From the NCBI GenBank assembly GCA_001179505.1, contig CDMY01000266.1, forward strand, positions 62,001 through 126,000: 64,000 nucleotides of DNA, written 5' to 3'. The DNA is from Vitrella brassicaformis CCMP3155. Its lineage: Eukaryota > Protista > Chromerida. The notes under the pieces are model-generated. The model had not been told where the DNA came from, ran no database searches, and saw only the letters and a program-made list of their open reading frames with translations. Both the position numbers and the translations under genes were made by a program. The stretch's first letter is position 1. Each line of letters opens with the position of its first letter. Shown one piece after another: positions 38,001-50,594 of the stretch.

Positions 38001-38816
38001 GTTCGTCCATCAACACGCTGCGTGACGGCGACCTGCAGCCACTGGACCGCCTGAAGGAGGTGGGAGTCTTCCTGTACTTCACCCACGCCATCACGATCGT
38101 CGACAGGACAGCCGCCGCGATGGCCGTGCCGCCAATACTGCATTATCTTGACGAGCGCGACGACCAATGGAAGGACCTTCCCTTCGCGTTCAGTGGCTAT
38201 GTTACCGACAGCGGCTTTCACCAGACCAATGGCAGATATGAGAATGACGACAACGTGACGGATGCGGACCAGCCTGAATGGCACTGCCAGTGGAGCGTGT
38301 TGTTGCCAGACATCAAAGGTCCGAGCCACTCAAGACTCCCACAAATACGCCAACACATTACATTCGCGATGGATATACCCGTATTTGTCTGTGTGTGCAG
38401 GTTTGTCGTTTGTGCTGTATCTGCCGCGCCACGACGACCCCGCTTGCCCCAGCCCCCCGGCGCCCCTCGCGCCCCCGCCCACCGACGGTCACTCACCAAA
38501 CGCCCCTCCCACTGCCCAGCACCACCGGCCCACTCACGGCTGGTTCCGCTGCGACGCCACACGGCAGATCGCACTGCGGCCGCTCGCCATCGACCCCTCT
38601 GAGCAAAGTCACCGCAGTGCTGCCAATGGGCAGTCCCGGGCGCTGAGCCGGCCATTTCATGAGGGCCTGCTGAGCTTTGCGTTTGCGCCTTTGTGGGTGC
38701 ACACGCCCGACGGTGCGGACTATCGGATCATCTATGCCGGCACATACGCCATCACCGAGGAGGGCGCCTTATTGGAGGTCTCTACTCAGCCACCCAGCCC
38801 GCCCGCTCCCAACTGA
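35057..38816 (+). CDS. Pepsin-family (A1) aspartic protease, type I membrane protein with a long C-terminal cytosolic region
   Basis: Signal peptide, two catalytic motifs (VTVDTGSSYLW, AIVDTGSSLIH), DGVLGLG and WLLGDVFLK. TM YILAGVSTLVVLAAIAYFL, then four more phase-compatible exons to the stop at 38814-38816. Confidence 0.88.
36233..36339 (+). repeat. Representative intron with 5' (AC)11 and 3' (GT)12 tracts; intronic microsatellites occur throughout the window
   Basis: (ac)11 at 36245-36266 and (gt)12 at 36307-36330, between a GT donor at 36233 and an AG acceptor at 36339. Confidence 0.9.
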
Positions 38817-39199
38817 CGGAACAAATGAGCCAGACGGGTGCTTGCGTGAGTTTTCTAGTTTTCCACCAGTGTGTGTCTGTGAGCATGCAAGGGGTATTTT
38901 TGTCGTGGGTGCGTCGTGCCGATGCGCCCACACATACGTACACTTGTAGGCAGACGGACATACGTCTGTGCATAGAATGTGTCCCACAAAGGCAGACAGA
39001 CAGCCAGGGGCCTTTATGGCCTCTATGGGCTTGGTCAGTCACTTTATTGCGTGTCCGCATCTCTGCACGTACGTGTCATGGCTCGTCCGTGTCATTTATA
39101 TCCACGTATCCATGCCGTGCAGCTGCAAATGCGTGTGCCGTCTTTCTTTGGTCTGCCTATCTGGTACTAGTACGTCGCCACACGCGTGCAGGAAACAAA

Positions 39200-42100
39200 A
39201 CAGGACGCACGTCAACCTGCTTTGAACGTCCAGACGGCCACGTGATCGTGTCATTTGTGCAGCTCGCAATTGTATCGTCCAATTTGCGGGTGGCCAGGAA
39301 GCCTTCAAAAACCCCTTGTCCAGAAAATCGAAGCAGGCGGCTTGACGCGAGTCAACGACATGCTGAGACGAGACGGGCCTCTTGTCGATCGGCCTGTCCT
39401 CATTTCTCGGAAGCCAAGGCTGCATCGCCTTTATGAGCCCACCAATGTCCATGTCACGATTCGCTGGCGTATGCCCCGATGCTCGCGGCCGACCGGGCGC
39501 ATCTGGTGTGATGGAGGCGAGTATGGGCTCACGCTGGTGCAGGGACATGACGATTCGCTGGTGGGCCGGGGTAGATAACGCTGGAGGGGCATGCCGTCAT
39601 GCTCGCGGCTGACCGCGGCATGGGCGACAAGATTGAAGTCGGCCCCCCTCATCCTGGCCCCCAAACCTACCTCGATGTCGTCACAGGCGGTTTGGCTTCT
39701 GCGAGGACACGTTTGAGAACTGCGAGCAGAATAGCCAGCAATGCATCGGCGGCCTGTGCAAGCGCCCCCAGTTCTACACTCACTAAAGACCGACAGCCTG
39801 GGGACTGCCAGCCCTGCGTCGATGGAGATCTCCCCCGCAAGCCCAGAGACATCGACCGCACCAAGTCGGCAAAACCCAACGACGTTTGGTACGCCGACTA
39901 CGGGCCCATGAAGGAGTCGATTCGCCACCACAAGGGCTACCGTGGGCGGGTGCGCCGGTGATTAGCCTGGCCGGTGATGAGCCTGCCCGGCAGCCCTCCA
40001 AGCCTTTCTCGCGTTTTGAGAGTGACGCACCATGAAGTCTCTTGGCTACTCATGTATATGGAGTCATTCCTGGCGCACATCACATTCCCCACACCGGACG
40101 ACAACGCTTCCCGAACCCTGTCTGGCTTTCCCTGCAGGCTTCGAGCTATTTGGTGGAGTTTCTGGTGTTGCTAGTGGAGTCTCATTGCTTGAGAGAGTTT
40201 CTCATGTCGCTAGTCGAGCTAGGCGGCCACGTGGCTGCTCGTGGCGAGACACAGGGCGCTCGTGACGATTGTGTCTATGTCCATTGTGTCTATGTGTCTA
40301 TCAAGCAAGCGTTGGTGCCCAATGCACTCATGAAAGCTATGGTGATACTGCATGGTTATTGCTGTCTTGATAAGAAGTCTATCGCCGTGCAAGATCCTCA
40401 AGGCCAGGTGCAGGCACTCACCTGCCCTGCCTCGACAAGGACGGCGACGACTTCGACCCTCATGGAGAGCACTGCATCTTCGCCATGATCGCCAGATGGG
40501 AGCACGACGACAATACCCTGGCCGTAAGAGAATACGCCAACACACTCATTCATCAACAGTCATTTGCCGCGCATGCGTGTGTGTGTGGTTGTGTGTATAC
40601 CTGCTGGCCGATGGTCACCCCTGACGACATCCCTGGCGTCAAGCCAGACGATGACATCACCGGTGAGAACCCCGTGAGCTGCCTCAAGTGCGAAAAAGTG
40701 ATGCATGGCAGCATCATCAGCTCCGAAGAGAAAAACGGGCTCAACGTAAGCACATAGTCAGATACAGGTATGCTGCAAAACTCACCCTTTTTCTGCAGGC
40801 CTACATCAAGTGTCCCAAGAACTGCCCCATTGGCGATGACAAGGACAACGACAAGGCGTTGCCCGTCCTGATTCTGCACATGCTGGCCGTGGCCGCTGCG
40901 TACATGTATCGCACCAGGGTCGCCAGCGGCACTGTGTACGATATCGAGCAAGGTACCACATATGCACAAACACACACATGCACGCACACCCACACCTCTC
41001 ACACAGCGACGCCTCTCTTTCTGTGTAATTCTCTGTGTGCAAACTTTCCTAGCCCATACTTTTCAAAGGTCAAGAGAGATTTCAGCGATATTATCGATGC
41101 AAACAAGCCCTTTTTCTCACGTGAGCGAACACATGAGGAAGAGCCAGGTGTCACTCTCTGGCGGGTTTGTGTATGGTGTGCCTTTATGTTGGGGTGTGCG
41201 TGTCGTGCAGTCCGTCGGAGGGGCAGCATCCCGCATTTTCTGTCAGATGCCACACGATATGCGGATGGATGCCCGACCGCTTCATCGAAGGCGAACTGTC
41301 TTGGACGTGGATTCACATTGACACCCACTACGCCTTCATGCATGTGCTCCACGCTCGCCTTCACTCACACGTCGACACTTCACAAGAATCACACTCCTTA
41401 TTTTCGATTGGTGCGTTGCACAGGCGGTGTACATCACCAGGGATGTGAAGTTGCCCAAGGGCAATTTCGCCGTCATCCACGTAAGCCGCCCCCTAGACAT
41501 CTACTTCAAGATGCGCGACTATTCCAAATACGACTTCATGCGCATCCTGACCATCGCCCACGACGGCTACGCCATCCACCCGAGCGGCTGCGCCATCCGC
41601 AACATCAGCCGCAAGCCCTCAATGGTGCTAGCCCCTTTCGGCCACAAGCTGCCCTTCGATTTCAACCCCCATCTGATTCGGCCGGCCGTCATCAACTTGG
41701 ACCGCACCGCCTCGCGCTTCTTCGATCCTCTGCCCCTCACAGAGCGTCACCTTACCTAGGACATCGTCGGCGACCACTTCCCTCTAGTGCTCACCAACTT
41801 GTTTGTGCAGAGAGGGGAGGGATGTCCGCTCAGGGCGATGATCACTGATCATCACGATCGAGGTGGGTGTAGGAATAGGTGCATGTTGAATGGCACTGCG
41901 GTAAGAATAATCGCCACGCTCCAGGCTTGTTTTGCAAGGCGCGTGTTACAATACGTGTTACAATGAGCGTGTTGCAGGCCTCCCTCCTGACTGCCAATTA
42001 TACCAACGATCAGTCGTTCGAGTCCTCACTTTCGTTGGGCAGGGAGGTGTATTCCCGTCAAAAGGAGTTCGCCAAGGAAGGGGACCAGCTAACCAGTGTG

Positions 42101-42442
42101 AAGATTCCAGCTTCAATGTCCGATGACGAGATAACTGACTGCATTGCAGTGGTGATTCCCCCGATTGCCCCTTTCAGCCCTTCTCATTCCTTCTGTCTCT
42201 TTACTTTGCGTGACGCGGCCCGGGCGGTCAACAACATAAGACAGCTCTTCTCTTCGCCTCAGCCGGACAACGACCCGGGTATCACCGGAGCGAGTCAGAT
42301 GGATGCCTTCTATGAGACCGCCAACGACGAAGGCAAGGACTTGACACTCCCTGTTATTGACATAGTATGGGAGGACATCAAGGAGATGGTGGCCGAAAAC
42401 GCACCGCTGTCGTCTATCGTCACCCTCCTGACAGCCTCCTGA
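39200..42442 (+). pseudogene. Second decayed coding region of unknown family
   Basis: Protein-like segments (VLAADRGMGDKIEV..WYADYGPMK; CIFAMIARWEHDD; CLKCEKVMHG; AYIKCPKNCP; YITRDVKLPKG..TERHLT*DIVGDHF; VLQASLLTANY..LLTAS*) interrupted by stops and frame changes. Confidence 0.5.
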
Positions 42443-43517
42443 TGACGCTCCCAGGCTTCGGTCTTAAGTTGTCGTTCATGGTGGTGCAGGTCAGTCGATC
42501 TGGGTTACTAATTAGAGGCAATTTATCGGTGTCCTTTCCTGCTGTCTTTTTCTGCTTAGTTATTCCTATACTGTCTCGCCTATTTGAAACCTTCGAAGAG
42601 GATGAGCTATGTCCCAACCCTCCCTCCTCCGCCCCATAAGGTGAAACAAAGAAATCCCCTTCCCCCCAGCCGCATATAGATACACAGAACACATAGAGAC
42701 ACATCTATTTTTCAGGAATCTCGCCGAATGTGATGTACAAGCCTGGCGCCATATCCTTTACGTCCTTGGTGTATTTAGCGACCGGCCCGAGGACCAGCGC
42801 TTTAAAGAATGTTGACACAGTCATACAGCGAGTGAGCCCAAATGCACTGCTTGCGTTCGTGTGTGGTATACACGTACATATCGGTCACATCGATATTCTT
42901 TCTGCCTGGTTTCCCCACATTGGTCAGATTCTCAAGCAACCTGGCACCCAACAGGCACAGAAGGCGTTGAGGAAGAAGGAGCGGCGTGAGGGGTCAAGAG
43001 ACGAAGCAGCCAAAGAGGTAAAAAGACGCAGAAAGCCGAAGATCGTCACATCTCTCTCACTACTTCGTCTGTGTCTCTGTGTCGGTGTGTGTGTATCTGC
43101 ATCTCAACGTGTCTGCGTCTGTGTTCTTGCGTAGGTCTCTGCACCTGATAGGATGGCTTGAGCCATCAGCGAGCCGAACGACAGCCGTCATGCATTCTGT
43201 AGGCTGATGCAGTCTCAGCAGCGCGGGTGTGATATAAATGAGCGAAGGAAGTCTGTGAGTAGACGGTCTAAAGTTGCCCCCAGCCACTAACAGCCACCTC
43301 TGGCGTTAGAAATAGACATCCACCGTAGCGACACATTAGCATGTGAAGAGGTGTAGATTCATATTTGCAGTGGTTAATTTCATGCTTCTGGCGGACAAGA
43401 CTCATTGAATTCAATCAACACACGCATTTCTGCACAGATGGTTCACCGATAAATATACACAAACACGCACACGCAAGCACACTCAATGAGTTCTCTCCCT
43501 CCCTCCCTCTCTGTCAA

Positions 43518-44012
43518 CTACTGCTGGACCCACAAAGCCATCAGGACAGTGGCCACCCCAAGGGCCAGCCACCCGCCCCTCTCGTAGGCATTGGACGCCC
43601 AATTGGTGTTGAAGCCGCTCTTGACCCCCTCTGTCACGGGGGAGTATTTGGACGAGCCCCCAGTGTCGTCCTCTAGCTGCCGGGCCGTCGTGATAGCTAT
43701 GGGACCCGCATTCTCCCGCTCGGCCTCATTGGGCGTCACAAAGGGATGAAGGGCGATGGTGTCGTGAGCCCACTGACACAAAGACTGATGGATGGATGAC
43801 ATGCAGACAGACAGACAGACAGACAGACAGACAGGCGCCAAGGAGAGATGCATTGTATAGGTGTGTGTGTGTGTGTGTGCGTGTATGCGTGTGTTTTTAC
43901 CTGTAGTTCTGTGAACATGTTGAAGTCCTCCTCTGATTTGGTCGCCTGCTTGACTAAGGAAGAGTCCAAAATGGCCCGATGCTGACACACACACACACAC
44001 AGACACACACAC

Positions 44013-44064
<52 letters not shown>

Positions 44065-44948
44065 CAGCGCATTGTCCACTGTGTTCCACCGCCCCACCGC
44101 CCCATTCACCGACCATTTGGGCGGCTTTGTCACCGAAGGCCTCGCAGGCACCCCACATGAGATAGCACGAGCTCTCGTCGATGTTCAACCGACCAATCAC
44201 CTTTGCACCCACATACACACACACAGATTGATTGATGCATTCATGTGAGTGAGTGCAGACGAAGAATCTATGCAACTTACTCACCTGCACGTTGGAATCA
44301 TCTTCCAGCGGCACGAAGGCCACGTACTTCTTCCAGTCGGGCTTGCATCCGAAGCAGATCATGCCTGCGGCGTACTCGGGCACCCGGCTGTAGCATGGCG
44401 CGTAGAAGGCGGGGTCGAGGACGTCAGTGATGCGCTCGACGGCCACGTCAAACTGCTTCTGGTGGTCGGGCGAGGAGGCGCTGTACTGCGCAGACGACTT
44501 GACCTGACACAAGCATGACAACACAAGACAACACAAGAAACAGACGAGGGCCATCTTTCCATCCATCCATGTATTGTATTGTATTGTATCGTGTGTCGGC
44601 CTTGCCTGCATAACGGACGCCTTCTAGCTGGCGAGTCGTCTTATCTTGGAGTCGAGTATCGACCGCCAGAAGTGGTAGTACTTGAGCTGTTCACTCTCCA
44701 GCGTCTACACACAACCGGATGGATGGATGGGCGCGCAGATGATAGATCTGTGTCTGTACCTGGTGGCAGCAGGAGGAGAGTTCATTGTACTGTGGGCAGA
44801 GCTGCAGGTTGGTCTCTATCTGCGGGATGTCGTCGTACGTCTGGATGTCCTTCTTGCCGTACCAATGCGGCTGGAACAGGGGATTCCGGCACGCATCCTC
44901 CAGACCCGCCACACGCTCCCACAAACAACACCAGCCCACCAGCACAAG
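43518..44948 (-). pseudogene. Folate-receptor-like Cys-rich, probably GPI-anchored gene, copy 1 (no start codon, nonsense codon)
   Basis: Near-identical to 46028-47279. TAG at 44624-44626 where copy 2 has TAC. Homology stops just before the ATG. Retains the hydrophobic C-terminus GGWLALGVATVLMALWVQQ*. Confidence 0.72.
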
Positions 44949-44990
44949 AGGATCTGTCGCGTGGGTGCCTTCCCCCTTGCACGTCTAAGC

Positions 44991-45013
44991 TCGCAGGGTT
45001 TGGAACCCTGCGA
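44991..45013. repeat. Hairpin, 10-bp stem and 3-nt loop
   Basis: tcgcagggtt-tgg-aaccctgcga. Confidence 0.85.
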
Positions 45014-45569
45014 CCTGTGGGCCGGGGAGGTTATTTCCCATTGCAATTAAGTGCCCATGAAGGCTGCTGCCGTGCTCACCTGGACAGTAATGACGCGTGG
45101 GGTTTGCGAACTGGGTGAATGCAGGTGTGCAGCAGTGGGCGGCAGACGCACCCAGACATTCACACACACGGAGTTCGACGAGTGTCCGTCGCAGGAGGCT
45201 GGGAGGCCGGGGAATGACTGTTGGTGTGATGGGCTGTGTGTGTGCGGCGGTTGGGCGGCTGGCCTTGCGTGTGTGAGAAGTGGGTATGCGGCAGGGGGGG
45301 TATCGATGGGGTGAGTGCGGTGAAGTGGTGAGAGGTGCAATTTGGTGGAAAGGACGAATAGCGAGGCGGTGTTGGTTGGCAGTCAGAACATCTTGTAGTA
45401 AAGGTATACAGTCAATACTCGTCCTTCCACGGCACCACTAAGTTAGGAAAAAACTCATGGACACAGAGAGAGAGGGAGAGACAACCGATGAGTGCAGCGG
45501 TGAGTGGGGGTGCAAGGGGGTGTCCATGCGATACACACACACACAGAGAACACACACAGACATGCTCAG

Positions 45570-45678
45570 GCTCGGCCCTTCGGGCCTCGCCTTCGCAGCA
45601 ACGGCACACAGACACACACACTTATACACAGACGAGGCAGGTTTCGCTCGGCTCGGCCCTTCGGGCCTCGCCTTCGCA
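45570..45678. repeat. Two identical 28-bp direct repeats, each containing a GGCCC-ttc-GGGCC hairpin
   Basis: gctcggcccttcgggcctcgccttcgca at 45570-45597 and 45651-45678. Confidence 0.9.
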
Positions 45679-45727
45679 TGGACGACATACACTCAGAGAG
45701 AAAGTGTGTGAGTGTGTGTGTGTGTGT

Positions 45728-46027
45728 NNNNNNNNNNNNNNNNNNNNNNNNNNNNNNNNNNNNNNNNNNNNNNNNNNNNNNNNNNNNNNNNNNNNNNNNN
45801 NNNNNNNNNNNNNNNNNNNNNNNNNNNNNNNNNNNNNNNNNNNNNNNNNNNNNNNNNNNNNNNNNNNNNNNNNNNNNNNNNNNNNNNNNNNNNNNNNNNN
45901 NNNNNNNNNNNNNNNNNNNNNNNNNNNNNNNNNNNNNNNNNNNNNNNNNNNNNNNNNNNNNNNNNNNNNNNNNNNNNNNNNNNNNNNNNNNNNNNNNNNN
46001 NNNNNNNNNNNNNNNNNNNNNNNNNNN
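45728..46027. other. Assembly gap (300 N placeholder)
   Basis: Exactly 300 N. It hides the 3' end of folate-receptor-like copy 2. Confidence 0.98.
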
Positions 46028-47291
46028 ATTTGGATGAGCCCCCAGTGTCGGCCTCTAGCTGCCGGGCCGTCGTGATAGCTATAGGACCCGCATTCTCCCG
46101 CTCGGCCTCATTGGGCGTCACAAAGGGATGAAGGGCGATGGTGTCGTGAGCCCACTGACACAAAGACTGATGGATGGATGACACCCAGACAGACGGACAG
46201 GCGCCAAGGAGAGATGCATTGTATAGGGGTGTGTGTGTGTGTGTGTGCGTGTACTTTTACCTGTAGTTCTGTGAACATATTGAAGTCCTCCTCTGATTTG
46301 GTCGCCTGCTTGACTAAGGAAGAGTCCAAAATGGCCCGATGCTGACACACACACACACACACACAGACAGACAGACAAACAGACAGACCGACAGCAGCGC
46401 ATTGTCCATTGTGTCCCACCGCCCCACCCACCGTCCCATTTACCGACCATTTGGGCGGCTTTGTCACCGAAGGCCTCGCAGGCACCCCACATGAGATAGC
46501 ACGAGCTCTCGTCGATGTTCAACCGACCAATCACCTTGGAATGGGAACCATATACACACACAGATTGATTGGTGCACTCATGTGGGTGAGTGCAGACGAA
46601 GATGCAATTCACCTGCACGTTTGGGTCATCTTCCAGCGGCACGAAGGCCACGTATTTCTTCCAGTCGGGCTTGCACCCGAAGCAGATCATGCCTGCGGCG
46701 TACTCGAGCACCCGGCTGTAGCATGGCGCGTAGAAGGCGGGGTCGAGGACGTCAGTGATGCGCTCGACGGCCACGTCAAACTGCTTCTGGTGGTCGGGCG
46801 AGGAGGCGCTGTACTGCGCAGACGACTTGACCTGACACAAGCATGACAACACAAAACAGCACAAGAAACAGACGAGGGCCATCTTTCCATCTCCCCATCC
46901 ATCCATGGATTGTATCGTATTGTGTGTCGGCCTTGCCTGCATAACGGACGCCTTGTAGCTGGCGAGTCGTCTTATCTTGGAGTCGAGTATCGACCGCCAG
47001 AAGTGGTAGTACTTGAGCTGTTCACTCTCCAGCGTCTACACACAACCGGATGGATGGATGGGCGCGCAGATGATAGATCTGTGTCTGTACCTGGTGGCAG
47101 CAGGAGGAGAGTTCATTGTACTGTGGGCAGAGCTGCAGGTTGGTCTCTATCTGCGGGATGTCGTTGTACGTCTGGATGTCCTTCTTGCCGTACCAATGCG
47201 GCTGGAACAGAGGATTCCGGCACGCATCCTCCAGACCCGCCACACGCTCCCACAAACCACACCAGCCCACCAGCACAAGCCACGATATCAT
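46028..47291 (-). CDS. Folate-receptor-like (FOLR/NPC1-N/HHIP-N type Cys-rich fold) secreted protein, copy 2; 3' end in the gap
   Basis: MISWLVLVGWCGLWERVAG signal peptide, then DACRNP..LQLCPQYNELSSCCHQ|..CYSRVLEYAAGMICFGCKPDW..SCYLMWGACEAF. Cys spacing resembles the folate-receptor family. Confidence 0.72.
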
Positions 47292-47554
47292 GATTATTGC
47301 TGCCGAAGAGCCAGATTGGTTTGTAAACGGAATGAACGACTGCAAAATGGCGTGCTTCTGTCCAATTGCTTCTGTCCGTCTCTGACTCGCGGCCTGACTA
47401 TCAGACTGTTGGCCGCATCCGTATAAGGTACATAAACAACACGTACACCTGTGGAGAGATGCGGGCAATGAACCATGCAAACATTCCCATGACTCGTTCA
47501 TGAATCATCATGATGTGCACAAACAGGACGCCATCAACCCAGTCTGTCGATCGC

Positions 47555-50500
47555 TTAGTTGTCCTCTGATCGGCCCTCCTGAGGACCGCCCGCTTCGCCA
47601 CCTTCACTCTCGTGCTCCTCACTCTCAATCTCCTGCATGACACACACACACAATACACACACATGAACGGATACGTACATGCCCCTTCCCCACCAAACAT
47701 AGACGTGTATGCCATCCCATCCACACCCACGTGGAGAATTGCGATGAGCGACTGCTTGATAGCGAGAAATGACGGCCGATCGGCGGGGCTTGCGAAGCAC
47801 TGGGCGACGAGTCGCCGGAGGGATGGCCGCCAAGTGTGAGGGACGGGCAGCCTCTCGCCCTGCTGGCCCACACGATAGGGAATCTCCTCGGGAGATAATC
47901 CTAACCATGGAGGCTGCCTGCACCACACACACGACGACAGTGCACCCATCCTCTTCTTCTCTCCCTCTCTGTTTTTGTGTACAGTATGTATGTGGCATTT
48001 ATGTGTGTCACTGACCCCATGACCATCTCCCACATGTTGACGCCAAACGCGTAGACGTCACTCGCCTCGCTCAGCCCGGCGCCGTGGAAACCCTCTGGAG
48101 GGAAATACGCCAGTGTGCCGCCGACCGACACCGACGCACCCGCACCGCCCTCCTTGGCCGTCGCCAGGTGGTTGGGCGACGTGCTGTGGCAGTGAGAGAG
48201 CGTGTGGCTCAGACCGAAGTCGACGATCTTGGCCTTGATGCTGCTGCTGCTGGTGGTGGTCGTCACGTTGCCGTTGTCAGCAGCAGTGCTAGGGAGAGAA
48301 GGCGTCTGCTCGATGAGGATGTTCATCGGCTTCAGATCTGAAGGACATGCATTCACCGCCCGTACGTCTCTTCTGCCAACCAATCGGCCCATCTCTGTCT
48401 TTCCCTGACTGACCGCCATGCACAATGCGGTGGTGTGCGAGCACGATCATGCCGTTGCAGATCTCGATGGCGATCCTCACGGCCTCCCTGTCGGGCAGCG
48501 GGCGTGACGGCTGGCCCCTCCCCTGGTGGATGAGTGCGTGCAGGTTGCCGCCAGTGATGTACTCGGTCACCAAATACAGCTCGGGGAAGGGGCGCGGCTC
48601 GTGCGTCTCGGGGTCGTGCCAATCGCACGCGTAACCCAGCTGACACAGACAGACAGACAGACACGCATGACAAGCATGATCGGGATGGATGTATTTGTGT
48701 TCCGTTGTGTTGAGTGGAGTGTGTACCAGCAGGACGACGTTGGGCGACCGGACCTCAGCTAAGATGCGGACCTCCTGCACACACACGCACAACCAACCAA
48801 GCAACCAACCATCCATCCATTCACAAGCATGAGGAACCCCCCGTCCATCCCTCCCTGCGAGTGACCGACCTTGAAGAATGAGGACAGGAGGTCGGCGTTG
48901 ATCAGCGTCGTGTCCGTCTTAAGACGCTTGATCGCAACCTCCAAACCTACACCCACAACACACAAACATGGGAAATGCTGGTTGCTTGCAGGCTGGCCGT
49001 TGTCGTTGTCAAGGTTGTCTTACTGCGCCACTGTCCATAGAAGACCTCTGAGAAGGTGCCCTCGCCGATCTTCCGGGTGAAAACTAAATCCTTCGCCTCG
49101 ATATGCAGCGACGCAGGCAACGTGGTCTGTACACATGGGCACAGACAGACAGGCAAGCCATCCCTCGCTGTCCCTTCGCCTGACCTTGAGCCTGGCTGTC
49201 AGGTCTCTGAGTGCGGAAACTTCCCCACCGCCACACACGCCAGCAGCAATGTCCCCTCCCTCCACGCCAGTCGCAGGCTTCCAGTCGCCAGGAGAAGACT
49301 TTGGAAACCCGTCAAGAGGGTACTCCAGGTCACTCAGTGGCGACTTGCCGTCACTCAGACTCGCACTATCATGGTGGTAGGTCGACGGCAAGACGTTCAG
49401 CAGGGGCGGCGCTGAGCGGCGTGGCAGCTGCAGGGGCGGGGGGGAGAAGAGGGACGTGAGCGGCGGGCCGTTGAGGGGAATCGGCGGAGGGAATGGGGGA
49501 AAAGTCGTACGCCGCAAATGCGGTGAGTACTTCACGACCATTGGCGGCGCTTCTCGGTCGCTCTCTCTGTCTGAAGGGGGCTGTGGGGGGCTGCTGTTGG
49601 TGGCATGGTCGGGTACTGCTGCTGCTGCTGCTGCTGTTGTGGGTGGTGGTTCGCTCTGCTCATGGAATTGCAGCCAGTATGAGCCTCCTTCTGCAGGGGG
49701 GGCGGGGGGAGGCAAGAAGGGGTTGGTCGGCAGCAGGGAGGGCCGTCCATCGCCGCTGACGCTGGCAGCAAACGGGTTGGTGAGACGGTCATCATCGTAT
49801 TCGTTGTGTTCCTCGTCTCGCTCCTCGTGCAACGGTTTGTGGTCGTCCTCTTCTCCCTCATCTGTGTCACCAGCAGATCTCTCATCGTCCTCCTCCGCGT
49901 CTTGGCTGCTGTCGTCCGCATCCCCATCAGCACCGTCGTCCTTTCGAAAGGATGGCGGCCGTTTGTCGCTGGCGTGTCCGCCGAGCAACCCTCTCTGCTC
50001 GCCGTCAGACTCATCGTCGATGGGGCTGACCTCCACACCCATGACGTTGATGCGCTCCTTCTCCCTCAGGCTGGCCCATCGCTTTCGCCTCTTCCTCACT
50101 GCTGCTGCCGGTGGTCGCCGCTCCTTGCTCTCAGAGTCGCTGGTGATGGCCGTCATGTCGTGCGGCAACAAGGAGGGGAGCTCCTCCTCCCGCTGCTGCT
50201 GCTCTTGTGCGCCGCCGGGATCTCCCACATCATCACTTTCGTTGCTGCTGACACTGGAAGACGACGAACGAGAACGAGACCGAGAGGGACGTGGACGCAC
50301 ATGTGGATGCTGTGGATGCTGCACATTCACGTGTCTGTCCTCAGGCATCGAGTCGCCGTCATCGTTGTCATCGACAACACGGAGCAAGGGCGCCGGCGGC
50401 TCGTCTTCTGCTGGGAAGATGGGCGGCGAGGCCTCTCCCTTGGATGACTCAGAAGAAGAGGATGAGCTGCGGCTGCTGCGGGGGATAGATGGTGCTTGCA

Positions 50501-50594
50501 CTGGGCGCGTCTCTTTGTTGCGAGTAGCTCGGCGAGCAGAAGGCAGCAGATGGTTCATAGATGCCAAAAGTGCTCTTTCGTTCAAAGCTCGCAT
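47555..50594 (-). CDS. Tyrosine-kinase-like (TKL) protein kinase with a long disordered N-terminus
   Basis: KIGEGTFSEVF, VAIKRL, LYLVTEYITGGNL, IVHG|DLKPMNIL, IVDFGL, GTLAYFPPE, SDVYAFG and RPSF. All catalytic motifs are present. Ends GRSEDN*. Confidence 0.9.

Noticed and set aside
45570-45678. 28-bp direct repeats as a CRISPR mini-array
   Set aside because: Only two units, a microsatellite-like spacer, eukaryotic context and no cas genes.
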